Below are positions 54,979 through 64,000 of a stretch of DNA of 64,000 bases, piece after piece. The first letter of the stretch is position 1. Each line of letters starts with the position of its first letter. The notes below the pieces were generated by a model, which made no database searches, was not told the origin of the DNA, and worked only from the letters and a program-made list of their open reading frames with translations. Position numbers and translations under genes: made by a program. Source of the stretch: Trypanosoma brucei (lineage: Eukaryota); assembly GCA_000002445.1 (NCBI GenBank), contig CP000071.1, positions 1,024,001 to 1,088,000 of the forward strand, in the 5' to 3' direction.

Positions 54979-56937
54979 CTATGACGGGACAGGAGAGGCT
55001 TCTGATGCACGAGAGGGACTTTCCACAGTAGTGTTCATAAAGGCAAGTCGGTTTGCCACAATGTTCGATGCCATATGCCGCCGCTTAAGGGCACTCAAAA
55101 GGACGTCCCGCAGCGGTGGTGTTGCAACCTTCTCCCAGTCCACTTCGTCCCTCACTCCCCGATGCTCTTCCGTTGTCCCATCTTCATTACCCTCCTGGCA
55201 AGTTGGCGCAGTGTAATCGTCATCCATGTCTTGGTCATCGCTATACAAGCCATACGACGCGGCACGCTTCCGTCGTGGCCATGTTGGTGCAAAGAATGCC
55301 GGGAGCCACATGTGCGCAAAGGCTGCCACCAAAAACGGCATTGTGTCAAAAAATCGGCAGAACTCTTCATAACTTATGTGTGAGCGGCGCATCATGTTCA
55401 ACGGTATGACTGTTTTCTGGTGGGGTAACAAGGATGCTGCTTTAACACTCTTCCTATTCTTCCTCCCCTTTAATTGCGAGCGGATGTACGCCTGCTCTTC
55501 CTCTTGATGTAACACATCCAAGGAATCCCTTAGTGCCTTCACGATACTCGGCGACAATACGCTTTCCGGCTCCTCACAGGACTCCCGGCCGTCCCGCCGT
55601 AACTGAGTCAGGGCAGACTTGTGGATGTAATCGTCGGTCTCCAAAACACTAAAACAAAGTTTCCGAATCACATCCTTCAACTCCGCACCATTGACTAAGG
55701 CATCAAAACCAGCAAGCAGTTCACGGACATGGGCTTCTGGAGATTTCTCTCGCTGACTCGTCTCATTCACCACCGGTGCGGGGATGTTAACACCCGGAAT
55801 AGGAAATGTCTGGTTACCGCGATTACCGGCAAGCACCGGACTCATTTTGGCAACTGACATGTTCGATGAAGAGGTTTGCCCTGCTCCACTGCCCTCTATT
55901 GTGCGGTGTAATGACGCGTGGTGGAGCTGAGCTGCCTTTAGGGGGGAGAGACTTCGCACTCCACTACTAGCAGCAGCAGTGTTATGTGACGTTTCAAGAC
56001 GACCCACTGCGTTGACTCCAGACTCACTCATGGAAGATGATGGGTGGGCAACTGAGAAAAAATTCTCGGCAGCCTCATCATCCCTTACTTCGAACGGTGC
56101 TTGCCTGAGCATATCGAGAAATGCATCGAGTGTTACAATCCCACTGGAATCCGCCACGGTCAGTAGTGCTGACTGCAGAAGCCGGAGGTTCGGTGCGGGT
56201 TTTCCTTCTTCCACCACCTCTTGCTTCTTTTTCTTTTTCTTGCCACCGCGGTTCTTCCTACTTGGGGTTCCCAGCGACTGCGATCGTGCCCCGGTTCTCG
56301 TTGGGGAATTCCGCGCTGCTGCTGCTGCAGTGGCTGCCGCAACTCTTGACTGCCGCTCTTCTTCCTCCAGCTTTCGCACTAGCGCCTCCGGATTTTGCTT
56401 GTAGTAGGCTGCTATGAAGTAATCGTTAATGTCCTGCACGACCCGTCTATGGGCGAACTTGGGCAGGGATTCCAGTATCATTTTTTCCTTCGCCTTCGTC
56501 ATTGGTCCCTGTAGCACTGGTAGAGCAACCGCTTTCCCCTGTTGTTCATTAAAGCGCGAATTCGGTGGAGGAAGTCGAAATAAAGTTTTATAGTAGTCGG
56601 TCATGGAGATACGACGCTCCATCATAATCTTCCGCTGCTCTCGTTCCTTCGTCTGCTGCAGGCTCTCCCGTCGGCGCACATGCCAAAGCACACGGTCCTC
56701 TACCGCGGTGTTTCGCAGCCGTTCCACATTTGGACAGGGAGAAATGTTTGACGCCACCACACGCTCTGCCGTCGATGACATCCGCGCAGTGGAAGCCTTC
56801 GCATCCATCGAGAGAGAGGTTGCACTCCTCGTTCCAAATGTGGTTGTTGACATCTTCTCGCCTGAAAATATGCTTCCCGTACGCCCCTTGCTCTGGCGGC
56901 TTCCCTCAAGTGCATCGCTCACACCCACAGAACTCAT
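54979..56937 (-). CDS. Hypothetical protein (652 aa) with a central basic K-rich patch. No recognised domain.
   Basis: Long ORF with normal composition. It contains RKNRGGKKKKKKQEVVEEGKP (NLS-like) and a conserved-looking C-terminal hydrophobic core (…FCRFFDTMPFLVAAFAHMWLPAFFAPTWP…). Confidence 0.5.
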   Translation of the reverse strand: MSSVGVSDALEGSRQSKGRTGSIFSGEKMSTTTFGTRSATSLSMDAKASTARMSSTAERVVASNISPCPNVERLRNTAVEDRVLWHVRRRESLQQTKEREQRKIMMERRISMTDYYKTLFRLPPPNSRFNEQQGKAVALPVLQGPMTKAKEKMILESLPKFAHRRVVQDINDYFIAAYYKQNPEALVRKLEEEERQSRVAAATAAAAARNSPTRTGARSQSLGTPSRKNRGGKKKKKKQEVVEEGKPAPNLRLLQSALLTVADSSGIVTLDAFLDMLRQAPFEVRDDEAAENFFSVAHPSSSMSESGVNAVGRLETSHNTAAASSGVRSLSPLKAAQLHHASLHRTIEGSGAGQTSSSNMSVAKMSPVLAGNRGNQTFPIPGVNIPAPVVNETSQREKSPEAHVRELLAGFDALVNGAELKDVIRKLCFSVLETDDYIHKSALTQLRRDGRESCEEPESVLSPSIVKALRDSLDVLHQEEEQAYIRSQLKGRKNRKSVKAASLLPHQKTVIPLNMMRRSHISYEEFCRFFDTMPFLVAAFAHMWLPAFFAPTWPRRKRAASYGLYSDDQDMDDDYTAPTCQEGNEDGTTEEHRGVRDEVDWEKVATPPLRDVLLSALKRRHMASNIVANRLAFMNTTVESPSRASEASPVPS

Positions 56938-58669
56938 CGGTGTTTACGTGGCGACGCAGCCCCTTCTGCTGAGCAGGCAGGTGGGTAGCTGAGCTTCAGC
57001 CTAGTGTAATTTGAACTAACAACCAAACGAGCGCGCACACAAACAGCAACAATTCACTTTTTGAAAAACGCAAGGAACAGAGATAAGTCTGAAACCAATC
57101 TTAAATAAGTTGCCTCGACCCTTGTTTTACCTTCGCTATGCTCTGACGAAAGCCGAAAAGCAGGAGCTACAGCCCCTATGGATGACTAAGGGTGCTTAAC
57201 ACTGCTTATGTGCATACATTTATTTAAGGGGAAGTAGAAGGATAATGCAAGGAACTATGAACAAACGTTAGTGCAACCAGTCTACACAACGGCATGTTTC
57301 TCAAGAATCTTACTGCATTGATGCTTACACATCCCTTATCCAACCAATCGACAAACGATGAATGTAAAACATAGGGACAGGGATCTTCAGAGTGTGTAAA
57401 AAAAAAAAAAAGCGACCCTTAGCCGTTATGCGGCACTTGCTGCGATGCGTCAGTTTTAGTGATGTAAACTTGAATATTAGCCGCAGATCGGTGCCACCTC
57501 CTCCATTCTATGTGGTTCCCCCGTCATTCCACAGTAAGGCCAATCCAACATACTCAGCCGACACCTCATGCATGTCAGCGTTGCCTTCCTCAGTCGACGC
57601 CCATTGCCACGTCCGCCAGTCGTATCGCTCTTACTTTCACCCATCTTTTTGACCAACTGTAGTGGAATTACAGAGCGTCGGCGTGCCAACACACGCGTGT
57701 AGCCGGAAAAATCTGTTGTCTCCAAATGCCTGCGCATCGCCATCAGGAGGGTGTTGCTTTTGGATCCAGTGGGCTTACGTCCCCTTGGTTCCGTTCCGCG
57801 TCCTCTCCCGCGCATGGCCTAATAAATTTGTTCCCTGCTGCTTTCACCCTCTTGAAGGTTGTTTCCCCCCCTTCTTTCTCTCGCGACCAATCACAAATAC
57901 ACACAGTCCTGCTGTAAATGTAGAGAGTTTAGATTAGTGAGAAGGAATGTTAGGAAAAAGACAAGTGATGAAAGGATGAGGGGATCACACGAATAATATT
58001 CCCAAATAGACAACGGAGTTACTAAGTTACGCTTGGAAAAGATGTGGGTAATAAACATAAGTAACCAATACACCTTACTCTCCAGCTTCACAGAATACCA
58101 GCGTTGTGCTAATGGGACGGATAACCACGGTTGCAATTAGATGGTCCATACAATTCTCTGGCCGCTATCTGACTTCCATCTACCACTGCACATCGAGGTA
58201 GTGAAGGCACGAAACGGTCATTAGAGTTGCTCCGCCGCCGCTGGTAACGAAAAGCGGACACAGCAACTGGGTGTCCAAATTTTTCTAAGGGATGAGAGGG
58301 GGGAAAAGAAAAAAAAAACAGCAGGCGATCCGCGTTAGCAAAGAAAGGGTAAGCGGATGCGCATCCTATGACTCTTCCGACCATAGTACCACGAACCGAA
58401 AAAAAGTTAGTGACGACGCAGGCAGTGGCCACAACGAACATGCCAATGGGTACATATCTTTTGCCTTTGGGATCAAGAGCTAATCTAGTGAAACAAAAAC
58501 TACCGACTTACGTGTTTTAGTGAACGAGAGTATGAAAAGGCAAATCAAATAATCCCTTCTTCCAAAGGCGGGAACTCAAGACAAAAGGTATCTCATATCA
58601 AAATAATAAGCAAGGAGGAATAAACTCGAATCATAAACGAGACAATGCAGTTGTTTTCAGATAGACACG

Positions 58670-60031
58670 CTAAAGGTAAACCACGGCCTCGCATGGGTAA
58701 CACTCGTTCACTGAATCGTAGCCTAGAGCGCACAACTCAACTTTATCAATGAATACAGGGCTCTCACATAGCGAAACATTTGCAAAACGCCGTAGAACCT
58801 CCGATGCATTAAACGGTAAATTTTTTCCGCCGCTTTGTTGTTTCCCTTCACCCGTACGCCACTTCGTGTTCATCAGCGTGACGTGAAGTAACTTACTCTC
58901 CGACACACGTGGGTCATCACATATGAGTTCCCCAAAACTGCTGTGAACGATGTCCTGCAATGCTCTAACCGTCGCGGTGGATTCCTCGTCTGCCAATCCC
59001 ATATACAACACATTTGCCTTCTGCACATGTTGACCTCGGCTAGTCATCACGTGCAGTCCACCTAAGCGAATGGGAATTCCCACACTGTCATCAGGCCCTG
59101 CTTTACCTTTATGTAGGTGTTGCTGTTGCTTCCACCCATAGATCTGGTCTTGCAGTACCTGCATACATTCTACAGCCAGTGCAACATCTTCACATGTCGG
59201 AAGGGATAACATGAGGAGGGTTAAATGCGTGCGTGGTGCACTAGTAAATATCTCCTCCGTTACACCGTTTGCAGGATCAACACAACACTGTTTCATCTCC
59301 CACAAAAGTGCCTCCGCCCTTTCGCCAAACACTTTTACCTTTCCGATGGGTAATGCAATGAAGTGAGTATACGGTTTCTTGTAGAAATGCTTTCCGACCC
59401 TCCCACCGAACGTCGAACCAACGTTTTTTTCACCGCTTTCGTGGGTTTCCACAGCATATTTCCTCTTGGAGGCGCTTCCCTCCCCTACCACCTCACGAGA
59501 ATCGGGAGCGCTGTCAACCACTTCTGCACTCGCAGACTCATTTCCGCGTGCATGACCTTCAGTGGCAAATATTCTGTAGCAACGATTCTGAGGGAAACGG
59601 ACAACACGAATGGAGGAATCATGCGATATGCCGTCATCTCTGCAATTATGAACAGGAACGACGTGCATTCCACTGGTTCCACTGACATTTTTCTTATCAA
59701 CACTGGCACCAACAGACGCCATAACAGACGGGGACACGGCAAGACAGTAACCGCAAATAAGACGGGCGTCATAACTAACCTTACCGCAAGAGTTGCAGGT
59801 CCAACCACACCCATTTGTTAGGCACTTGCAGCTCCTTTTTCCGTTGCATTCCTTCTCATTTCTTTTATTAGTGGATTCATTTGAACCGTAACGCGCCGCT
59901 AATCGGTTTCGGGCCATATTGTCGAGTGCCTTCTCACGGTGCACCCACTCCACCGCAGCCGCGCGCTCAGTGACATCGGTAGAAATCGACGAAAGAGCCC
60001 TCCACGACATATCCTCCGACTTATTATACAA
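58670..60031 (-). CDS. Hypothetical protein with a Cys-rich zinc-finger-like N-terminal segment and a C-terminal 2H-phosphoesterase-like domain (AKAP7/ASCC1/LigT superfamily)
   Basis: Two H-x-T-x motifs flanked by hydrophobics (…RTHLTLLML… and …LLHVTLMNT…) lie about 110 aa apart. This is the diagnostic tandem HxT/S pattern of the 2H fold. Upstream, CKCLTNGCGWTCNSCGKVSYDARLICGYC resembles a RanBP2/C4-type zinc finger. Confidence 0.4.
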   Translation of the reverse strand: MYNKSEDMSWRALSSISTDVTERAAAVEWVHREKALDNMARNRLAARYGSNESTNKRNEKECNGKRSCKCLTNGCGWTCNSCGKVSYDARLICGYCLAVSPSVMASVGASVDKKNVSGTSGMHVVPVHNCRDDGISHDSSIRVVRFPQNRCYRIFATEGHARGNESASAEVVDSAPDSREVVGEGSASKRKYAVETHESGEKNVGSTFGGRVGKHFYKKPYTHFIALPIGKVKVFGERAEALLWEMKQCCVDPANGVTEEIFTSAPRTHLTLLMLSLPTCEDVALAVECMQVLQDQIYGWKQQQHLHKGKAGPDDSVGIPIRLGGLHVMTSRGQHVQKANVLYMGLADEESTATVRALQDIVHSSFGELICDDPRVSESKLLHVTLMNTKWRTGEGKQQSGGKNLPFNASEVLRRFANVSLCESPVFIDKVELCALGYDSVNECYPCEAVVYL

Positions 60032-61475
60032 TCCACTTGACAGTCCCCCAAAAGAAAATCAAATACGAACACCATCATAGGAAAGTGATATGCACAGAAG
60101 CCCCAAAAGAAAAGAAGATCCATCAACAACTTGAAGAACAACACGAGCCACCAACACCACAAAAAGATTATTCAATGAACAGAACGCCCCCCCCCCACTA
60201 TGCGACACAACACTAGTAATAAAACTTACGACATTCCTTAATGGATTCGCGGGCCACCTATTACTGATGTCGACTCGCGCACAGTAATACGAGAGTAAAA
60301 TTATTAATAAGGTAAAATTTGCATCTGAGGTCGAGGCCAGGCAAGTAAGACGGGGAAAAAATGCAGGAATGGAGAAGGTAGAAAGTATGGAGACACACAT
60401 TCCACAGTGTAGTACTAACACGTACAGATGTCCATGCAGAACAGATCGCTCTCCCGCTTCACTCCCTGAGGCTCGGTCGACCGAAAATACATAAATGCAG
60501 GTCAAACCCCCTAAACTGAGTGCATCGGACCATTGAATAATATCATTATTTCCTTACTTCGACCCATTCTGTTTGACCCTTACCCCATACAAAATCCAAA
60601 AGAAAAACAAAAAAGGTAAGTGAAGTGGAAAAATACTGCGGCACCTAATCATGGGCCCAGAATTATTTAATATATACCAAATTTTTATGAAAATGATTTC
60701 CTAGAAACGACTTGGACAACGCCTTCAGCGACACCTCGCGAGGAAGAAAAAAGTAACAAACTCTTCCCCACTCTGCCTTATATTTTATTACAGCTCCTCA
60801 CGGATGCGAAACGAACGGTAAACAACACAGTTATAATAGGTTAAGGAAAAATTGACGACCATTTTGTCACCAACTGATTTCTTCGAAGAAGCGATTTAAA
60901 ATATGCACCCGTGTGCATCGGAATCACGTAAAATATGGTTAAGATAATGAACTCTTCTGATTATTTGTTTAGAATACTAAATACTGTAAACAAATTACCG
61001 AAATAATCCACTAGACAGTGAACAACATCGTGATAAGACGCCGGCGTCGTAAGTACATCCTACGACCGCTACCCACAGGGTATATTGAAACAACATATCA
61101 ATATGTAAAAAAAAAATATTTGTAACCATCCCCACGAAAAAAAAACAGTAATATTAACAAAAACGTTTTTCTTTAGACCTTCATGTTAAAAAAAATATTA
61201 ATAACAAAAGTAACTTTGAACGTCCAGAGAGCAGTATCAGAAATCCTAACGCTTCTACATGTACTTACAAAGATACCTATCACACACACACACACACACA
61301 CACGTATGCCATTGAAGAGCGTAGGAAGGAAGAGGTTGCGATGGAAGGGGCGTGTCACTAAACATGTAAAAAAAAATGGTCACCGCAGAAAAAAAAAACG
61401 ATATAGAACTCCCATTTGTAAGCCGCAATGATGGATCGATTCAGATATTGGTGATGGAAGGGTTTCGATATGGTT

Positions 61476-63401
61476 CTAATTGGCTGTGGGTTCCCGCCGT
61501 CTGGGAGAATCATTAGAGGGGGCATGAACATCCTCCGCCTTCTTTGTAATAGCTTTGCCGTTTTCGTCAAGAACATCACATATACGTGCCGCAGGTATCA
61601 GTAAAAACACAAGAGGAATGCTGATGAGTGGAGTGCCAAAGTGACCAAGAAGTAGAAGCCACTTCACATTACTGAAGTCGCATGGACCCACCGTAATGTC
61701 TGATTGCACATTCCATACGTATTCCATCAAAAGCCATCCAAGTGTGTTGGAAACGGAACGGCCAAAATGCGCACATCCTGCAAGTACCGCATACACCATA
61801 CTTTCAGACCCACGGGGACAGAGCCTCGAAATGAGCATTACAGTTGGCATGAAGTGCATCATGTAGCACACCTGCTGTATAATTTGGTCACCAAGAACGA
61901 ATACAACGTGATCGCTAACATACGGACGGTTCCATCGCTCCACAATGATTATATCAAAGATACTCGAAACTATCTCAATCAAAGTTGTTACGATGAATGT
62001 TAGGCGATAGCTGCGCTTTGAGAATACGTATCTGAATAACGTCACACCAATAACACCACCCATAGTCCCAATCACGTTACCCACAGTGTTGTAGTAAAAG
62101 TATGAAAAGTTAGGACCACCAGGGAAACAATCGGGGGTCGCCATGAAGACATTGTCCATTGCGCCACGAAGTTGGATGTACGTGACCCTCGAGATGAATG
62201 TGAACATATTTGCCTTCGCGATCACAAGTGGAAGGGCAACGAAACCGAGTCCACAGAGTGTAAATGACGCCACAACACTGGTTATTAGCAGCTGCAACCT
62301 TGTGCCAAGGACTGTCACGAGAACCATACCGATGGCGCCAAGTGTGAGAAGCATGCAGTAAAACACAACCTTCTTGTTGCGAGCAAACACTTCTCGATTC
62401 ACTTCAAAGGCACCACAGCAACAAGGTAGTATCCGTGCTCCGCCCTCACCCACTTCCTCGGTATCCGATGGATTGTCCAGTGAGCCACTTGTTGCTTCGC
62501 TCCCCTGTAACCTCACGGCGTCGGCTTCATGCTCCAGCTTCTTTTCGCGAATAATCTTCAGGTCGTACGCACGTTCCTCTCGGTTCTTCCGTTCACCATA
62601 CCAATTCAGTATGAAGAATATCGTCGGCACCAACTGCATCCCAGCAGAGATAAACACAGCCACTCGCTGCAACCTCTTATCGGTAAGTGGTCCTACAATG
62701 GAGGACGCAACAAGGGAGCCAACCAAAAGGCACCACCAAACCCAACTCACAAGCGATGGGCCCGCCAATGGGACGCGGCGAATCAAGCGACTGTAATGCC
62801 CTTGTGTGAGGATATCAAGGTTAGCAACTGTGAAGGTAATGACAAAAACAAGGAAGCCAGCCACCGGTACATACGACAACTCTCCGGGCAGTGAACCGTA
62901 CACAATAGCGAGGGTGGAACCCACCACACAGGATAGAGCGAGGTACCATCGCTTCGTGTACCCAAATAACGCAAAGAGGTCACTGAACATAGCTGCAAAC
63001 GGCTTCACTGCGTAACCCAACGACGACATACCACCCATCAGTTGGTAAAGCTTTGCATCAGCACCAAAGGTGTAGGTAAACATTGGAAAAAGTGAGGATC
63101 GAATGATGTTGTCAGCAATTCCTTTGCCGAAGAGCTCGCAGAAACCAAGGGCGAAAACAAACTTCGGTCCGAACGCTTCCACAGCAGTGCCGAGTACGGG
63201 AATGCTCCACACGCATGGCAGCTTTCGGAACAAGGCCCTTGCGTCAGGGTGTACAGGACGAGCATCCATTGTTTCCTCTGCAGAGAGTTTGTGAGTTGTA
63301 CACTCAGCTTCGTGAGCTTGGGGTGCGGAATGTTGAGGTGGTTGGTCCTGGCATGCGTTCGGTGACGTGGTCATTGCTGGTACTCGAATATGTTCCCACA
63401 A
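61476..63401 (-). CDS. Folate/biopterin transporter (FBT/BT1 family) multi-pass membrane protein
   Basis: At least 12 hydrophobic helices are predicted. The N-terminal region contains FALGFCELFGKGIADNIIRSSLFPMF…YQLMGGMSSLGYAVKPFAAMFSDLFALFGYTKRWYLAL. This matches the conserved BT1-family block (…LGFSQ…KGLAD…P…SD…GYRRRPY). A central hydrophilic loop and a C-terminal six-helix bundle follow. Trypanosome FBT genes occur in arrays. Confidence 0.6.
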   Translation of the reverse strand: MWEHIRVPAMTTSPNACQDQPPQHSAPQAHEAECTTHKLSAEETMDARPVHPDARALFRKLPCVWSIPVLGTAVEAFGPKFVFALGFCELFGKGIADNIIRSSLFPMFTYTFGADAKLYQLMGGMSSLGYAVKPFAAMFSDLFALFGYTKRWYLALSCVVGSTLAIVYGSLPGELSYVPVAGFLVFVITFTVANLDILTQGHYSRLIRRVPLAGPSLVSWVWWCLLVGSLVASSIVGPLTDKRLQRVAVFISAGMQLVPTIFFILNWYGERKNREERAYDLKIIREKKLEHEADAVRLQGSEATSGSLDNPSDTEEVGEGGARILPCCCGAFEVNREVFARNKKVVFYCMLLTLGAIGMVLVTVLGTRLQLLITSVVASFTLCGLGFVALPLVIAKANMFTFISRVTYIQLRGAMDNVFMATPDCFPGGPNFSYFYYNTVGNVIGTMGGVIGVTLFRYVFSKRSYRLTFIVTTLIEIVSSIFDIIIVERWNRPYVSDHVVFVLGDQIIQQVCYMMHFMPTVMLISRLCPRGSESMVYAVLAGCAHFGRSVSNTLGWLLMEYVWNVQSDITVGPCDFSNVKWLLLLGHFGTPLISIPLVFLLIPAARICDVLDENGKAITKKAEDVHAPSNDSPRRREPTAN

Positions 63402-64000
63402 GTATGAATGTTTGTCACTATCGTTGCTTTGGTTTCGACTTTATCTCCAGAACAAAATGGAAGGGTTACCTTTTCGATACAGCGGGTAGAGGACAACATA
63501 GTGGCAGCACAAGAGAGCGGTTGAAGGAAAGAAATCGCAATGAACATTGAGAACGGAATCAGGCCGTCAAATAGCGCGTGAAACCACTGCAGCACTTGCT
63601 GGTACCGTACGTCAACTGGATACAAAGCGCTTTGCGGTATTGTATAATGTTATGCAGTATCATCAAGGCATCTACAAGATCGGAAGTCTATCTTCAGAGA
63701 CCTGTCTACATACAGTTCATGGAGGTACTTACAGTTGTTACTGCACTGCCCCGTTACACTCTCACCTTTTCGTTTACTTGGCGTACAGTAAACATGTGTC
63801 ACGCAGCCCAAGGGGCAGCCACACTTTGCGGGGCCTTCTCACCTTTTCTATTTACGTGAACATGAAAAAAAAATGGAGAAGACAGTGTGGAGGAAATACA
63901 ATGTTCTGGCAACATTTTCTCGTGTTCGTGAGGCAATATGGTGAGCACTCAATAAACAGCGATTATTGGGGTAAGACAATAAACAAAAAAATGCGTGGAA

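Overview
This 64-kb window looks like a nuclear chromosome segment from a kinetoplastid, most likely an African trypanosome of the Trypanosoma brucei group. The evidence for that is intronless, densely packed genes in long same-strand arrays, polypyrimidine or purine-rich low-complexity intergenic tracts, very long dinucleotide microsatellites, and a glycosomal glycerol-3-phosphate dehydrogenase ending in the PTS1 tripeptide SKM. The gene order (MMS19, thymidylate kinase, GPDH, MAPK, PIF1 helicase, BCS1, folate/biopterin transporter) also resembles a T. brucei chromosome 8 neighbourhood as I remember it.

All credible genes from 803 to 24728 lie on the + strand: an MKS1/B9-domain protein, a RING-H2 protein, a tail-anchored SNARE, a BRCT protein, a 1083-aa helical-plus-beta-rich protein, MMS19, thymidylate kinase and a coiled-coil protein. 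All credible genes from 33497 to 63401 lie on the - strand: GPDH, a large secreted cysteine-rich protein, a MAPK, a PIF1 helicase, a C-terminal RING protein, a BCS1 AAA-ATPase, a hypothetical protein, a 2H-phosphoesterase-like protein and a folate/biopterin transporter. The two polycistronic units therefore converge on an 8.8-kb ORF-poor convergent strand-switch region at about 24729-33496.

The most unusual feature sits at the centre of that region. It is a roughly 3.6-kb near-perfect palindrome at about 27655-31281, with arms of about 1.74 kb that are more than 99.8% identical. Its innermost elements are two head-to-head tRNA-Cys(GCA) genes separated by a 142-bp AT-rich unique spacer.

Other features worth noting are a 276-bp perfect (GT)138 microsatellite and several 2.5-3.4-kb purine-rich low-complexity intergenic tracts that generate many spurious ORFs. 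There is also an ORF-less but non-low-complexity 2.4-kb stretch at 20500-22950. No CRISPR arrays or recognisable retroelements (ingi/RIME/SLACS-like) were seen.

Every product call below comes from motif recognition by eye, not from a database search.
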